Below, piece after piece: positions 30,154 through 39,275 of a DNA stretch of 64,000 nt. This DNA is from an uncultured Bacilli bacterium (GTDB lineage: Bacteria; Bacillota_I; Bacilli_A; RF39; UBA660). The notes below the pieces were generated by a model. That model was not told where the DNA came from. It saw only the letters and a program-made list of their open reading frames with translations, and searched no databases. A program made the position numbers and the translations under genes. How positions within the stretch are numbered: position 1 is the first letter of the stretch; each line of letters starts with the position of its first letter. The stretch lies in assembly GCA_934148015.1 (NCBI GenBank), contig CAKPCU010000001.1, positions 27,148 through 91,147 of the forward strand, read 5' to 3'.

Positions 30154-30363
30154 TTATAATAAAACTATAGTATTATATAAATCCATAAAGAAATTTACTA
30201 ATAAATAAGACATTATAAGACAAACTATAACATAGAAAAAGTGAATTTGAGTTATTCTGTTTTTTCTAAATAATTTATCTAAATTCATTGATGTTGTAAC
30301 CCATATACAAAGTGGTATGGATAAACAATATAGGGCTAATTTAATATTCATTAGTTTCCTCAT
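30154..30363 (-). CDS. possible small membrane protein (uncertain)
   Basis: 69 aa two-TM ORF overlapping rpiB 3' end by 23 nt; could be spurious. Confidence 0.25.
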   Translation of the reverse strand: MRKLMNIKLALYCLSIPLCIWVTTSMNLDKLFRKNRITQIHFFYVIVCLIMSYLLVNFFMDLYNTIVLL

Positions 30364-30787
30364 ACTTTTCTACTTGTTCTATTCTTATTTTATATCTTGG
30401 TTCCAAATTAAATGTCGAATTAATAAACTTTTCTATCATTTCTTTAATTTGAGGAGCAGTATGACTAGTTGCACTGAATGCTAATATGTTAGCATTATTA
30501 TGTTCTTTAGCTGACTGTGCTTCTTGCATATTATCTATTTTAGCACATCTTATTCCTTTTACTTTATTACATGCTATAGATACACCAATACCTGTACCAC
30601 ACATAACTATTCCTAAATCAACTTCCTTTTTTATAACAGCATTAGATAGCTTAAACGCATACTCTGGATAATCTACCATGTCACTTGAAAAGCATCCATA
30701 ATCCGTTATATCGTAATCATCTAATAAACTTTTTAGTTCCTCCTTTGTATTATAAGCTCTATGGTCATTTGCTATTCCTATTTTCAT
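30341..30787 (-). CDS. rpiB: ribose-5-phosphate isomerase B
   Basis: MKIGIANDHRAYNTKEEL..., GIVMCGTGIGVSIACNKV catalytic Cys region. Track ORF has 6 extra upstream codons. Confidence 0.85.
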   Translation of the reverse strand: MKIGIANDHRAYNTKEELKSLLDDYDITDYGCFSSDMVDYPEYAFKLSNAVIKKEVDLGIVMCGTGIGVSIACNKVKGIRCAKIDNMQEAQSAKEHNNANILAFSATSHTAPQIKEMIEKFINSTFNLEPRYKIRIEQVEKYEETNEY

Positions 30788-30865
30788 TTTTTTCCTACCT
30801 TTCATATATATTGTAACATATTTTTAAAACACTATTAACAAATTAATGTTAACAGTGTCCTAAGT

Positions 30866-32101
30866 TTATTTTTTTATTTTTATTATAAGTTGAATCATAT
30901 CTTCAAAATCAAATTCTTCTACGTTAATATTAGAACCATCTTTCTTTAAATTATTTAATAGTTCTTTTATTTTATCTATTTTTGTAGCTAATGTTTCTTT
31001 CTCAGGAGTTTCTTTTATATCTTTAGTTTCATCTTCAGAATCTAAATCCATTATTTCAAGACTATCTGGTTCTTGATATACATCATCTAAACCTAGGTCA
31101 TCTAAATTAACTTTCTTTTCTTCTTTATCTTCTAAATTAGTTTTGTTATCTATTTCATATGAATTATTTTCATCAGTATTTTCTTTTTTAACTTCTAATT
31201 CATTATTTTCTTTAGTTTCTTTTTCTACTTCTTCTTTAGATGATAAGTTAGATTCAAAACTAGCGTTATCGGTTAATGAATTTAAATCAAAAGGAGCATT
31301 AGATTCTTTAGTATTATCATAACTACTAACATCATTATTTATACTACTTATATTATTTAATGGATTATTTATTAAATTATTATCTAAACTTTGGTTAACG
31401 TTAAAATCTACTGGATTATAACTTGGCGTAGTATCATACTTTATATTATTAAATTGATTAGAAAAATCATTATTAAAATTTGTATTATTTTGAAAGTTAT
31501 TAATTGAGGTTTGGTTAGGATTCATATATGGATTTGTATTAAAATTATTCATATTATTATTCATTCCAAAATTATTATTTAAATCATAACTAGGGTTATT
31601 GACTGGCATATTATAATCATTATTAATATTAAAGTTAGTGTTCCCATGAGATATGTTATACCCTGAATTTAAATTATTAAAATTAGCATTTTCATATGGC
31701 ATATTAAAACCTTGATTTGTGTTATTAAAACTATTTAAATTTCCACTTTCATATGCATCTAATCTATCATTTATTCCATTTGGATTTTCTGGCATTATAT
31801 TCATTGGATTTAAAACATCCATTGTAGGTGCACTAACTATTGGTGAATCATTTAAATTTTTTATTTGATCTAACTCTGGTGGCATATCTGTATTATTACT
31901 AGGAAAGTTATTAATTGGTACTTGATTAGAATTCATATAAGGATTTACATTCGGATTAAAACTATTCATATTATTATTCATTCCAAAATTATTATTTTGA
32001 TTATTATCATTTAAAGAATTATTTATGTTATTAGAAAAATTGTTACCAAAAATTGATCTTCCATTATTAAAGTTTTGATTATCATTATTATTGCCAAACA
32101 T
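30866..32101 (-). CDS. Asn-rich low-complexity protein with FG-type internal repeats and acidic C-terminal domain
   Basis: 411 aa; no signal peptide. N-terminal 250 aa are more than 35% Asn with repeated FGNN / NFGMNNNMN(S/N)FN(P/T)NPYMN(S/P)NQ units. C-terminus is acidic (EVEKETKENNELEVKKENTDENN...) ending EEFDFEDMIQLIIKIKK. Confidence 0.6.
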   Translation of the reverse strand: MFGNNNDNQNFNNGRSIFGNNFSNNINNSLNDNNQNNNFGMNNNMNSFNPNVNPYMNSNQVPINNFPSNNTDMPPELDQIKNLNDSPIVSAPTMDVLNPMNIMPENPNGINDRLDAYESGNLNSFNNTNQGFNMPYENANFNNLNSGYNISHGNTNFNINNDYNMPVNNPSYDLNNNFGMNNNMNNFNTNPYMNPNQTSINNFQNNTNFNNDFSNQFNNIKYDTTPSYNPVDFNVNQSLDNNLINNPLNNISSINNDVSSYDNTKESNAPFDLNSLTDNASFESNLSSKEEVEKETKENNELEVKKENTDENNSYEIDNKTNLEDKEEKKVNLDDLGLDDVYQEPDSLEIMDLDSEDETKDIKETPEKETLATKIDKIKELLNNLKKDGSNINVEEFDFEDMIQLIIKIKK

Positions 32102-32149
32102 TTTTTCATCCCCTATTCTTATATTAATAATATAATAAAAAAGCCTTTA

Positions 32150-32851
32150 TTACAATGGCTTTTTCTTAATTTCATTAAATTTTCTAGGATACTTAACACT
32201 TGTTTTCCTAATTTTTTCTATAATTACTAAAGTTCTTTCTCCAGCATCCTTTGGTAGTTTAAATAAAATGGTATCTTTTAACACTCCTCCTAGCGTTTTA
32301 ATAGCACTTTTAGATGCTTCTATCTCATCTTTTGCATCAGCTTTCATAGGAATAAACAAGCCTTTTTCACAAACTAAAGGAATACACATTTCAGATAAAA
32401 CAGGAAGGGCTGCTACCGCACGAGAAGTTACTATATCAAAGGATTCTCTACTTATTTTTGCATAGTCTTCTATTCTCTCATGAATAGCATCAATATCTTT
32501 TAAATTTAACTTTTCTATAACACTTTTTAAGAATATAATTCTTTTATTTAAGGAGTCAACTAGTGTTACTTTAAGGTTTGGAAATACTATTTTTAAAACT
32601 AGTCCAGGAAAACCTGCACCAGTTCCTACGTCAAGAAGAGTCTGGTTATTTAATTTAACAGCCTTAATTAGAGTTAAACTATCATAAAAATGTTTTAAGT
32701 AGACATCTTCTTCATCAGTTATTCTAGTTAAATTTGTATGACTATTATAATCTATTAACATTTCATAATAAGTATTTAAACTCTTAAGTATTTTATCATC
32801 TACACTTATACCTAACTTTTCTAATTCTTTTACAAATTCTTCTTTATTCAT
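32150..32851 (-). CDS. rsmG: 16S rRNA (guanine527-N7)-methyltransferase
   Basis: 233 aa GidB; SAM motif LLDVGTGAGFPGLVLKI. Confidence 0.9.
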   Translation of the reverse strand: MNKEEFVKELEKLGISVDDKILKSLNTYYEMLIDYNSHTNLTRITDEEDVYLKHFYDSLTLIKAVKLNNQTLLDVGTGAGFPGLVLKIVFPNLKVTLVDSLNKRIIFLKSVIEKLNLKDIDAIHERIEDYAKISRESFDIVTSRAVAALPVLSEMCIPLVCEKGLFIPMKADAKDEIEASKSAIKTLGGVLKDTILFKLPKDAGERTLVIIEKIRKTSVKYPRKFNEIKKKPL

Positions 32852-34667
32852 TATAAAACCTCTTTAAATAAACCATTAAAATTGCTATATCTGAAGGATT
32901 AACCCCACTAATACGTGTAACCTGATCAATGGTTCTTGGTCTTACTTTTTTTAGTTTTTGTCTTGCTTCAGTTGCTAAATTATCAACTTTTTCATAATCT
33001 ATATCCTCTGGTATCCTTTTTTTACCTAATCTTATCATTTTTTCTGCTTCTTTTTTAGCTTTAGTAATATATCCTTCATATTTTTGATTAATTTCTACTT
33101 GTTCTAATGCTTCTTTAGTGTATTTCTTACTTAATTTATCAGTATAATCACTTATCTTAACCTCTGGTCTTTTTAAATAATCTAATAAATTACACTTTTC
33201 TTCTGGAAAAGTAATATTTTTAATATCCTCTTCTATTTCTTTTATTTCTTTTATTTTATTTAATAATTTATTATGTCTTTCTTCACTTAATAAACCTATT
33301 TTATAAGCTTTTTCACTTAATCTTAAATCAGCATTATCACTTCTTAGTAAAAGTCTAAATTCTGCACGAGAAGTAAGTAATCTATATGGTTCTATAGTTC
33401 CTTTTGTTACTAAATCATCTATTAAAACACCAATATAAGCATCACTTCTAGAAAGGATTAGAGGTTCTTTATTATCTAATTTTAAACTAGCATTAATACC
33501 CGCTACTATACCTTGACCTGCGGCCTCTTCATACCCCGAGGTACCATTTATTTGACCTGCAGTAAATAAGTTTTCTACTACCTTTGTCTCTAAAGATGGT
33601 TTTAATTGAAGTGGATCTATCGCATCATATTCTATTGCATAAGCATATCTTAATATTTTAGCGTGTTCTAATCCCTTTAAAGAGTGAACCATATCTTCTT
33701 GAACGTCGTGCGGCATAGAAGTTGAAAAACCTTGTAAATATATATCATCATAATACATGCTTTCTGGTTCCAAAAATAATTGATGTCTTTCTTTATCTTT
33801 AAAACGAACCACCTTATCTTCTATTGAAGGACAGTACCTAGGACCTGTTCCTAATTTTTCATAAAAACCACCATACATAGCAGATTTATTTAAGTTATCC
33901 ATAATTATTTTATGAGTTTTTAAGTTAGTATAAGTTAAATAGCAAGGTACCTGATTTTTATAATCATAATATGCTATATCATCAAAAGAAAAAGTTAGTT
34001 TACAGTCGTCTCCGTCTTCTCTTTTAAGTACGCTAAAATCAATTGAAGATCTTTCTATACGAGGTGGAGTTCCAGTTTTTAATCTAAGTATCTTAAAACC
34101 TAATTTTTTTAAATTGTCACTTAAAAAATTAGCTCTTTTTTCTCCGTGTGGACCCTCTGGAGTTCTTTTATCTCCTACTAATATATCAGCTTTTAAATAA
34201 GTACCAGTAGTTAATATACAAGCTTTACAATAAATTGTTTCTCCATCTTCAGTTGTTATACCAACAATTTTGTTATTTTCTACTAAAAGGTCAGATACTA
34301 TTGCTTCTTTAATTGTTAAATTTTCTGTATTTCTTAATGTTTTTAACATTTCTCTTTTGTAAGTTACTTTATCAGCCTGACTTCTTAAACTTCTAACAGC
34401 AGGTCCTTTAGATTGGTTAAGCATCTTCATTTGAAGAAGAGTTTTATCTGCATTACGTCCCATTTCACCACCTAATGCATCAATTTCCCTTACAACAATA
34501 CCTTTAGCTGAACCTCCTATAGAAGGATTACAAGGCATATCTGCTATATTATCAATATTAATTGTTATAAGAAGAGTATTTTTTTTCATTCTTGCACACG
34601 CAAGTGCTGCTTCACATCCAGCATGTCCTGCTCCAACAACTATAATATCATATTTCATAACTTTCAC
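32844..34667 (-). CDS. mnmG: tRNA uridine 5-carboxymethylaminomethyl modification enzyme MnmG (GidA)
   Basis: 607 aa; FAD motif DIIVVGAGHAGCEAA, conserved GQINGTSGYEEAAGQG. Confidence 0.97.
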   Translation of the reverse strand: MKVMKYDIIVVGAGHAGCEAALACARMKKNTLLITINIDNIADMPCNPSIGGSAKGIVVREIDALGGEMGRNADKTLLQMKMLNQSKGPAVRSLRSQADKVTYKREMLKTLRNTENLTIKEAIVSDLLVENNKIVGITTEDGETIYCKACILTTGTYLKADILVGDKRTPEGPHGEKRANFLSDNLKKLGFKILRLKTGTPPRIERSSIDFSVLKREDGDDCKLTFSFDDIAYYDYKNQVPCYLTYTNLKTHKIIMDNLNKSAMYGGFYEKLGTGPRYCPSIEDKVVRFKDKERHQLFLEPESMYYDDIYLQGFSTSMPHDVQEDMVHSLKGLEHAKILRYAYAIEYDAIDPLQLKPSLETKVVENLFTAGQINGTSGYEEAAGQGIVAGINASLKLDNKEPLILSRSDAYIGVLIDDLVTKGTIEPYRLLTSRAEFRLLLRSDNADLRLSEKAYKIGLLSEERHNKLLNKIKEIKEIEEDIKNITFPEEKCNLLDYLKRPEVKISDYTDKLSKKYTKEALEQVEINQKYEGYITKAKKEAEKMIRLGKKRIPEDIDYEKVDNLATEARQKLKKVRPRTIDQVTRISGVNPSDIAILMVYLKRFYNE

Positions 34668-34731
34668 CTGCTTTTCTTTTGGTATTATACAATATAATTA
34701 AAAAAAAGTTAATTGCATATTAAAATAAATT

Positions 34732-35318
34732 ATGATAATATTAAATTGGGTGATAAATATGTTTATCTTTAATTATAATTTAAATGAACAAGATTACATT
34801 AGATTTAATGAATATGTACATTATAACGATAAGTCAGTAAAAGAAACTTATAATATTTTTAAATTTAAACTTCCTGTTACGTTTTGTATTTTATTTACCT
34901 TTTATTTTGTTTTATATGGCAATTTAAAGATGTTTACTATTATTACCATATCATATTTAATATTTTGGCTTATCTTTATGTTTTTTCTAGGATTTACATT
35001 TGAAAAATATATAAAAAAATTGTTAAAATAACTGTAGAAAATGCTAAAAAGAATGGAACTTTACCATATGATACTATTAACAAAGTAACTTTTAACGAGA
35101 ATGAAATAATAGAAGAACTACCTAATAAAAAGAATATATTCAAATATGAAGTTATCGAAAAAATCATTATTTATAGTGATTACTATTACATTTTTTTAAA
35201 TTCAATTGAAGCTATAATCATTCCAAATAAAGCAGTTAAAACAAAGAAAGAAAAAGAAAAATTTTACGATTTCTTATGTCAAAAAGTTGGCAGTGACAAA
35301 ATAAAAAGTGTAATCTAA
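34732..35318 (+). pseudogene. YcxB-like membrane protein gene interrupted by a -1 frameshift at an A7 tract
   Basis: ORF1 34732..35031 (99 aa, 2 TM) ends ...FEKYIKKLLK*. The -1 frame is open from 35004 to 35318 (...KITVENAKKNGTLPYDTINKVTF...IEAIIIPNKAVKTKKEKEKFYDFL...), matching the C-terminal YcxB-like domain. Frames meet at A AAA AAA (35013..35019). Confidence 0.5.
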
Positions 35319-35364
35319 ATATTGATTACATTTTTTTATATAACTTTGTCTAAATCATAGCTAA

Positions 35365-35631
35365 TTAAATAAACTCCTCATCATTTACATAACTGAATAT
35401 AAAATTATCATTCTTTTTACATATAATTAATCCTATACTTTTGTTATGATACTTCTTTTTTATTAACATATCTCTATATTTAATTTTATTTTCTTCTCAT
35501 TGTGCTTCTACTAATATCTTACCTATTTCATAATAAGTTTTTAACTTATCACTATTATAACTAAGCCTTCTTACCCCATCTTTTAATTCCTTTTTTTCTA
35601 TCAAATCTTTTATTTCTTTGTAGTAATTCAT
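35365..35631 (-). pseudogene. internally deleted remnant of a DUF1016/YhcG-like (PDDEXK nuclease) gene with an in-frame TGA
   Basis: ATG at 35631 with RBS GAGGGGA: MNYYKEIKDLIEKKELKDGVRRLSYNSDKLKTYYEIGKILVEAQ (DUF1016 N-terminal YWxIGkxIVE motif), TGA at 35499..35497, then same frame EENKIKYRDMLIKKKYHNKSIGLIICKKNDNFIFSYVNDEEFI (DUF1016 C-terminal IGIILCxEKDDxIVxY motif). About 250 central codons are missing. Confidence 0.5.
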
Positions 35632-35738
35632 AATTGATCCCCTCAAATTCATCTATTATATATATGTAATTTAAAAAAAACTCAAGTTATGTCACATATA
35701 ATAAAAACCTGGATAAAACCCAAGTTTTTAAAACACAC

Positions 35739-37091
35739 TTACTTTCCTAAACAAAATCTACTAAACAAATTATCAATTAATTCTTCGGTGTAATTAGCTC
35801 CTATTATGTCTCCTAGCTTTTCCCATACTAATTTTAAATCTATTTCAATCATATCTATTTCTCTTTCTTCTTTAATACCTTGTTCTACATCCTCTAAAGA
35901 TTTAATAGCAGATTTTAATAAAGATATTTGTCTTATATTAGTAAAAAATGTTAAGTTTTTGCTCATAAATGTTCCAACGTTAAACATTTCTTTTATAGAA
36001 TCTTTTATAGCATCTATTCCCTCGTTATTTTTAGCACTTATTTTTATAACGTCATTACTATAAGAATTATTTAGTTTTAAATCTATTTTATTCATTATTA
36101 TAATTCTTTTTTTATCTTTAGTTTTTTCTAACAAATACTTATCTTCTTCACTTAAAGGGCAACTAGCATCCAAAATAAGTAATACTAATTCTGCCTCATC
36201 TATTAAATTTAAACTTTTTTCAATACCTATTTTTTCAACTATATCATCTGATTTTCTAACACCTGCTGTATCTATTAAATTAAGTTTTACACCGCCTACT
36301 AAAATACTTCCTTCTACTATATCACGGGTTGTACCTTTTACATCTGTTACAATGGCTTTTTCCTCTTCTAATAAAGCATTTAAAAGACTTGATTTACCTA
36401 CGTTTGGCTTTCCTAATATAACCGTTTTAATACCATCTTTTAATATTTTTCCATCTTCTGATAATTTTAATGTCTTTAATAACTTTTCTTTTATTTCTCG
36501 TACTTTTTCTTTTATTTTGTTTATTGTTACTACTTCTATATCTTCATACTCAGGATAATCTATATTTACTTCTATATTAGATATTAAACTTATTATCTCT
36601 TCTCTTGTATCTTCTATTAACCTAGAAACATTACCAGATAACTCATTAATAGCCATTTTTCTAGTTAGTTCTGTTTCAGAATTTATTAAATCCATAACTC
36701 CTTCCGATTCGGTCAAATCTATTCTACCATTTAAAAATGCTCTTTTAGTAAATTCACCAGGTTCTGCAAGTCTACAACCTTCAAGAAGTAATATTTCCAT
36801 TATTTTATTAACAACTGCAATTGAACCGTGAGTGTTTATTTCTATTACATCTTCTTTTGTATATGTTTTAGGTGCTTTCATAATTGATAATAAGACCTCA
36901 TCTATAATTTCACCCTTATATACTATATGACCATAATTTATCGTATGACTTGATGATTTTTCTAAATCTTTGCCATCAAATAAAGGATTAATTATTTTTA
37001 TAGCATCGACTCCTGATACCCTAATAATAGATATGGCTCCTTCTCCAAGTGCTGTTGATATTGCAACTATTGTATCATCCATAAAGTTCAC
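35739..37091 (-). CDS. mnmE: tRNA modification GTPase MnmE (TrmE)
   Basis: 450 aa; G-domain GKPNVGKSSLLNAL, DTAGVR, NKIDL; C-terminal CLGK tetrapeptide. Confidence 0.95.
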   Translation of the reverse strand: MNFMDDTIVAISTALGEGAISIIRVSGVDAIKIINPLFDGKDLEKSSSHTINYGHIVYKGEIIDEVLLSIMKAPKTYTKEDVIEINTHGSIAVVNKIMEILLLEGCRLAEPGEFTKRAFLNGRIDLTESEGVMDLINSETELTRKMAINELSGNVSRLIEDTREEIISLISNIEVNIDYPEYEDIEVVTINKIKEKVREIKEKLLKTLKLSEDGKILKDGIKTVILGKPNVGKSSLLNALLEEEKAIVTDVKGTTRDIVEGSILVGGVKLNLIDTAGVRKSDDIVEKIGIEKSLNLIDEAELVLLILDASCPLSEEDKYLLEKTKDKKRIIIMNKIDLKLNNSYSNDVIKISAKNNEGIDAIKDSIKEMFNVGTFMSKNLTFFTNIRQISLLKSAIKSLEDVEQGIKEEREIDMIEIDLKLVWEKLGDIIGANYTEELIDNLFSRFCLGK

Positions 37092-37120
37092 TTCCTTTTG
37101 AACATATATTTTAACACATA

Positions 37121-38530
37121 TTATTTATTTTTTTCTATAAAATTAGATTTTTTTTCTATTGAAAGTGGATATTTCATATATTGATCCACATCTATTTTTT
37201 TATATTTATTTTTAAACATATCAATTAAATTTCTGTTAGTTTTTTTACTAGACTCATATAAAACGATATCATCATTATTCATTATGTAATTTATAGTATT
37301 ATTATCGTTATAATAAGTAATAGATTTTATCAATTTACTTTTATCACACTTTTCTACTAAATCTAAAGTTATCTTTATATAAGTTTTTTTATTTAATTCT
37401 ATAGTTTCACAATCTTTAGTTAAATTATCACATAAATTATCTGGATAATAATATTTTATAGATGAAATCTTTTTATTTTCTTCTATCTTTTGACTATTTA
37501 AATAATAAAATTTATATTCTTCAAGATTTATATCTATACTTGTTAATAACTTATTAATTACATCATTAACATTATTTGGATTATTATATACAATATCATA
37601 CATGTTTGATAAAAAAACTTTTATTTTAACACATAGCATTGATGCACCCTTTGTCGTAAGCTCTCCAGCTAACTGATAATAATGATATTCTTCTAACACA
37701 TTATAAAATTCTTCACATAATTTTTTATCTATTCCTTTATTTATTAATGCTTCTGTTAAAAGGTTAAAATTGCCTGTTCCTTCTATTTTAAACAATAAAT
37801 CTCTAGCTTCCTCTTTTCCTATTATTTCACACATAAATCTTATTACATTCTTATTAAGTCCATATACGCCTGATTTTGAACCATAATATTCGTTTGATAT
37901 AAGCTCAGTTAATCCTTCTTCAAACCATAAAGGAAAATTATTCTTAACGTCACTATGACATAATTCATGAAATAACGTAGATGAGTCAGCTTTATTAGAT
38001 AGTCTTATTTCATTATTACCATCAAATTGTCCAACTATATTATCTCCTAAATCCACATTTCTTTTTATTGATAAATTAACAAAAGAATCATATATTTTTT
38101 CATAATTTAAGTATTTATTATCTATAGCATAATCCATATATGCTTCTAAAGCTTTTTTTTCTTCTTTTGTAAAATTATAATTAGATATAATTGCATAATA
38201 TAATGCATATGCCTTTTTTTCTTTTACATCAGCATTTTTTAAATATTCTAAACTTTCTTTAATACTTTCATCATTTAACATGTTTCTAGATCTTGCAATC
38301 TTATATTTAAAATTAAAATCACTAGAAGATATACTATATCCATCAAACGGATTTTCACGCACTAATGCTACCCTAGCAAAACTTGTACCTCCTATTATTA
38401 GATTAATGGTAGTTAATAAACTGATAATTCTATTAATTTTCTTTTTTCTTTGTTTTGCTTCTCGTAACTCTCTTTTTTTAGCTAATTTCTTTTCTATTTC
38501 ATAATCATCAGAGTCTATATAATTTGACAT
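37121..38530 (-). CDS. membrane-anchored zincin-like metallopeptidase (Peptidase_MA_2-like HExxH...EEGLxE)
   Basis: 469 aa; basic N-terminus + one TM (IISLLTTINLIIGGTSFA), then STLFHELCHSDVKNNFPLWFEEGLTELISNEYYG (HExxH plus downstream Glu = gluzincin arrangement). No close match to the conserved genes normally found here. Confidence 0.55.
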   Translation of the reverse strand: MSNYIDSDDYEIEKKLAKKRELREAKQRKKKINRIISLLTTINLIIGGTSFARVALVRENPFDGYSISSSDFNFKYKIARSRNMLNDESIKESLEYLKNADVKEKKAYALYYAIISNYNFTKEEKKALEAYMDYAIDNKYLNYEKIYDSFVNLSIKRNVDLGDNIVGQFDGNNEIRLSNKADSSTLFHELCHSDVKNNFPLWFEEGLTELISNEYYGSKSGVYGLNKNVIRFMCEIIGKEEARDLLFKIEGTGNFNLLTEALINKGIDKKLCEEFYNVLEEYHYYQLAGELTTKGASMLCVKIKVFLSNMYDIVYNNPNNVNDVINKLLTSIDINLEEYKFYYLNSQKIEENKKISSIKYYYPDNLCDNLTKDCETIELNKKTYIKITLDLVEKCDKSKLIKSITYYNDNNTINYIMNNDDIVLYESSKKTNRNLIDMFKNKYKKIDVDQYMKYPLSIEKKSNFIEKNK

Positions 38531-38642
38531 ATAAAATCCTCCTTGTACTATGATTATAACAAAAAATACTATTATATATCTTATATAATTATTTAAAATG
38601 TAAAGAATAAATATTAATATACGTAAAAAAAGAGAAATATTT

Positions 38643-39275
38643 CTATTTCTCCACAGGTTTAATAACTACACATCTATTAGGTTCTTCACCCTCACTTATA
38701 GTTGTTACACCTTTAAAATCAGTAAGTTTATTATGAACAAGTCTTCTTTCAAATGAATTCATACTATCCATTTTTACTTCAACACCAGTTTTTCTAACAT
38801 CTTTAGCCAATCTAATAGCAAGTCTTTCAATGTTTCTTTGTTGTTTTTCTTTATAATCACTAGCATCTAATATTATGTTTATTCTTTGTTCACACTTAGT
38901 TTGAACAGCTTGTCTTATTAAAACTTGAAGTGATGACATTGTTCTACCATTTTTACCTATTAAAATTGCATTATTATCACAAATCATATTTACTTTTATA
39001 AAGTTTTCTCTTTTTTGAACTTCAAATTGAACCTTAAGTCCCATTAAATCAGTTATTTCTTTTAAATAATTCTTAATGTATTCTACCAAATCTTCTTTTA
39101 AAATAACTTCTACTTTATATTTTTTTGACTTAAATATACTACCAGTTATTTCTTCTTTAACATTTGTATAAACTTCATTAGTTGAAGCGTTAAGATCTTT
39201 TAAAGCGCTATTTATAACCTCTTCTTGATTTTTTCCTTCATATTTATGACTTTTTAATTCTAGCATTATTACCAC
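38643..39275 (-). CDS. jag: RNA-binding protein Jag/KhpB (KH + R3H domains)
   Basis: 210 aa; Jag_N, KH (LIGKNGRTMSSLQVLIRQAV) and R3H (SFERRLVHNKLTDFKGVTTISEGEEPNR) regions; downstream of yidC as usual. Confidence 0.85.
   Translation of the reverse strand: MVIMLELKSHKYEGKNQEEVINSALKDLNASTNEVYTNVKEEITGSIFKSKKYKVEVILKEDLVEYIKNYLKEITDLMGLKVQFEVQKRENFIKVNMICDNNAILIGKNGRTMSSLQVLIRQAVQTKCEQRINIILDASDYKEKQQRNIERLAIRLAKDVRKTGVEVKMDSMNSFERRLVHNKLTDFKGVTTISEGEEPNRCVVIKPVEK

Noticed and set aside
35497-35499. In-frame TGA in the DUF1016 remnant as evidence of an alternative genetic code or selenocysteine
   Set aside because: prfB (UGA-specific RF2) is present and itself uses UGA in its autoregulatory frameshift; no SECIS-like structure; other genes use TGA as stop. 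Interpreted as a nonsense/deletion scar.
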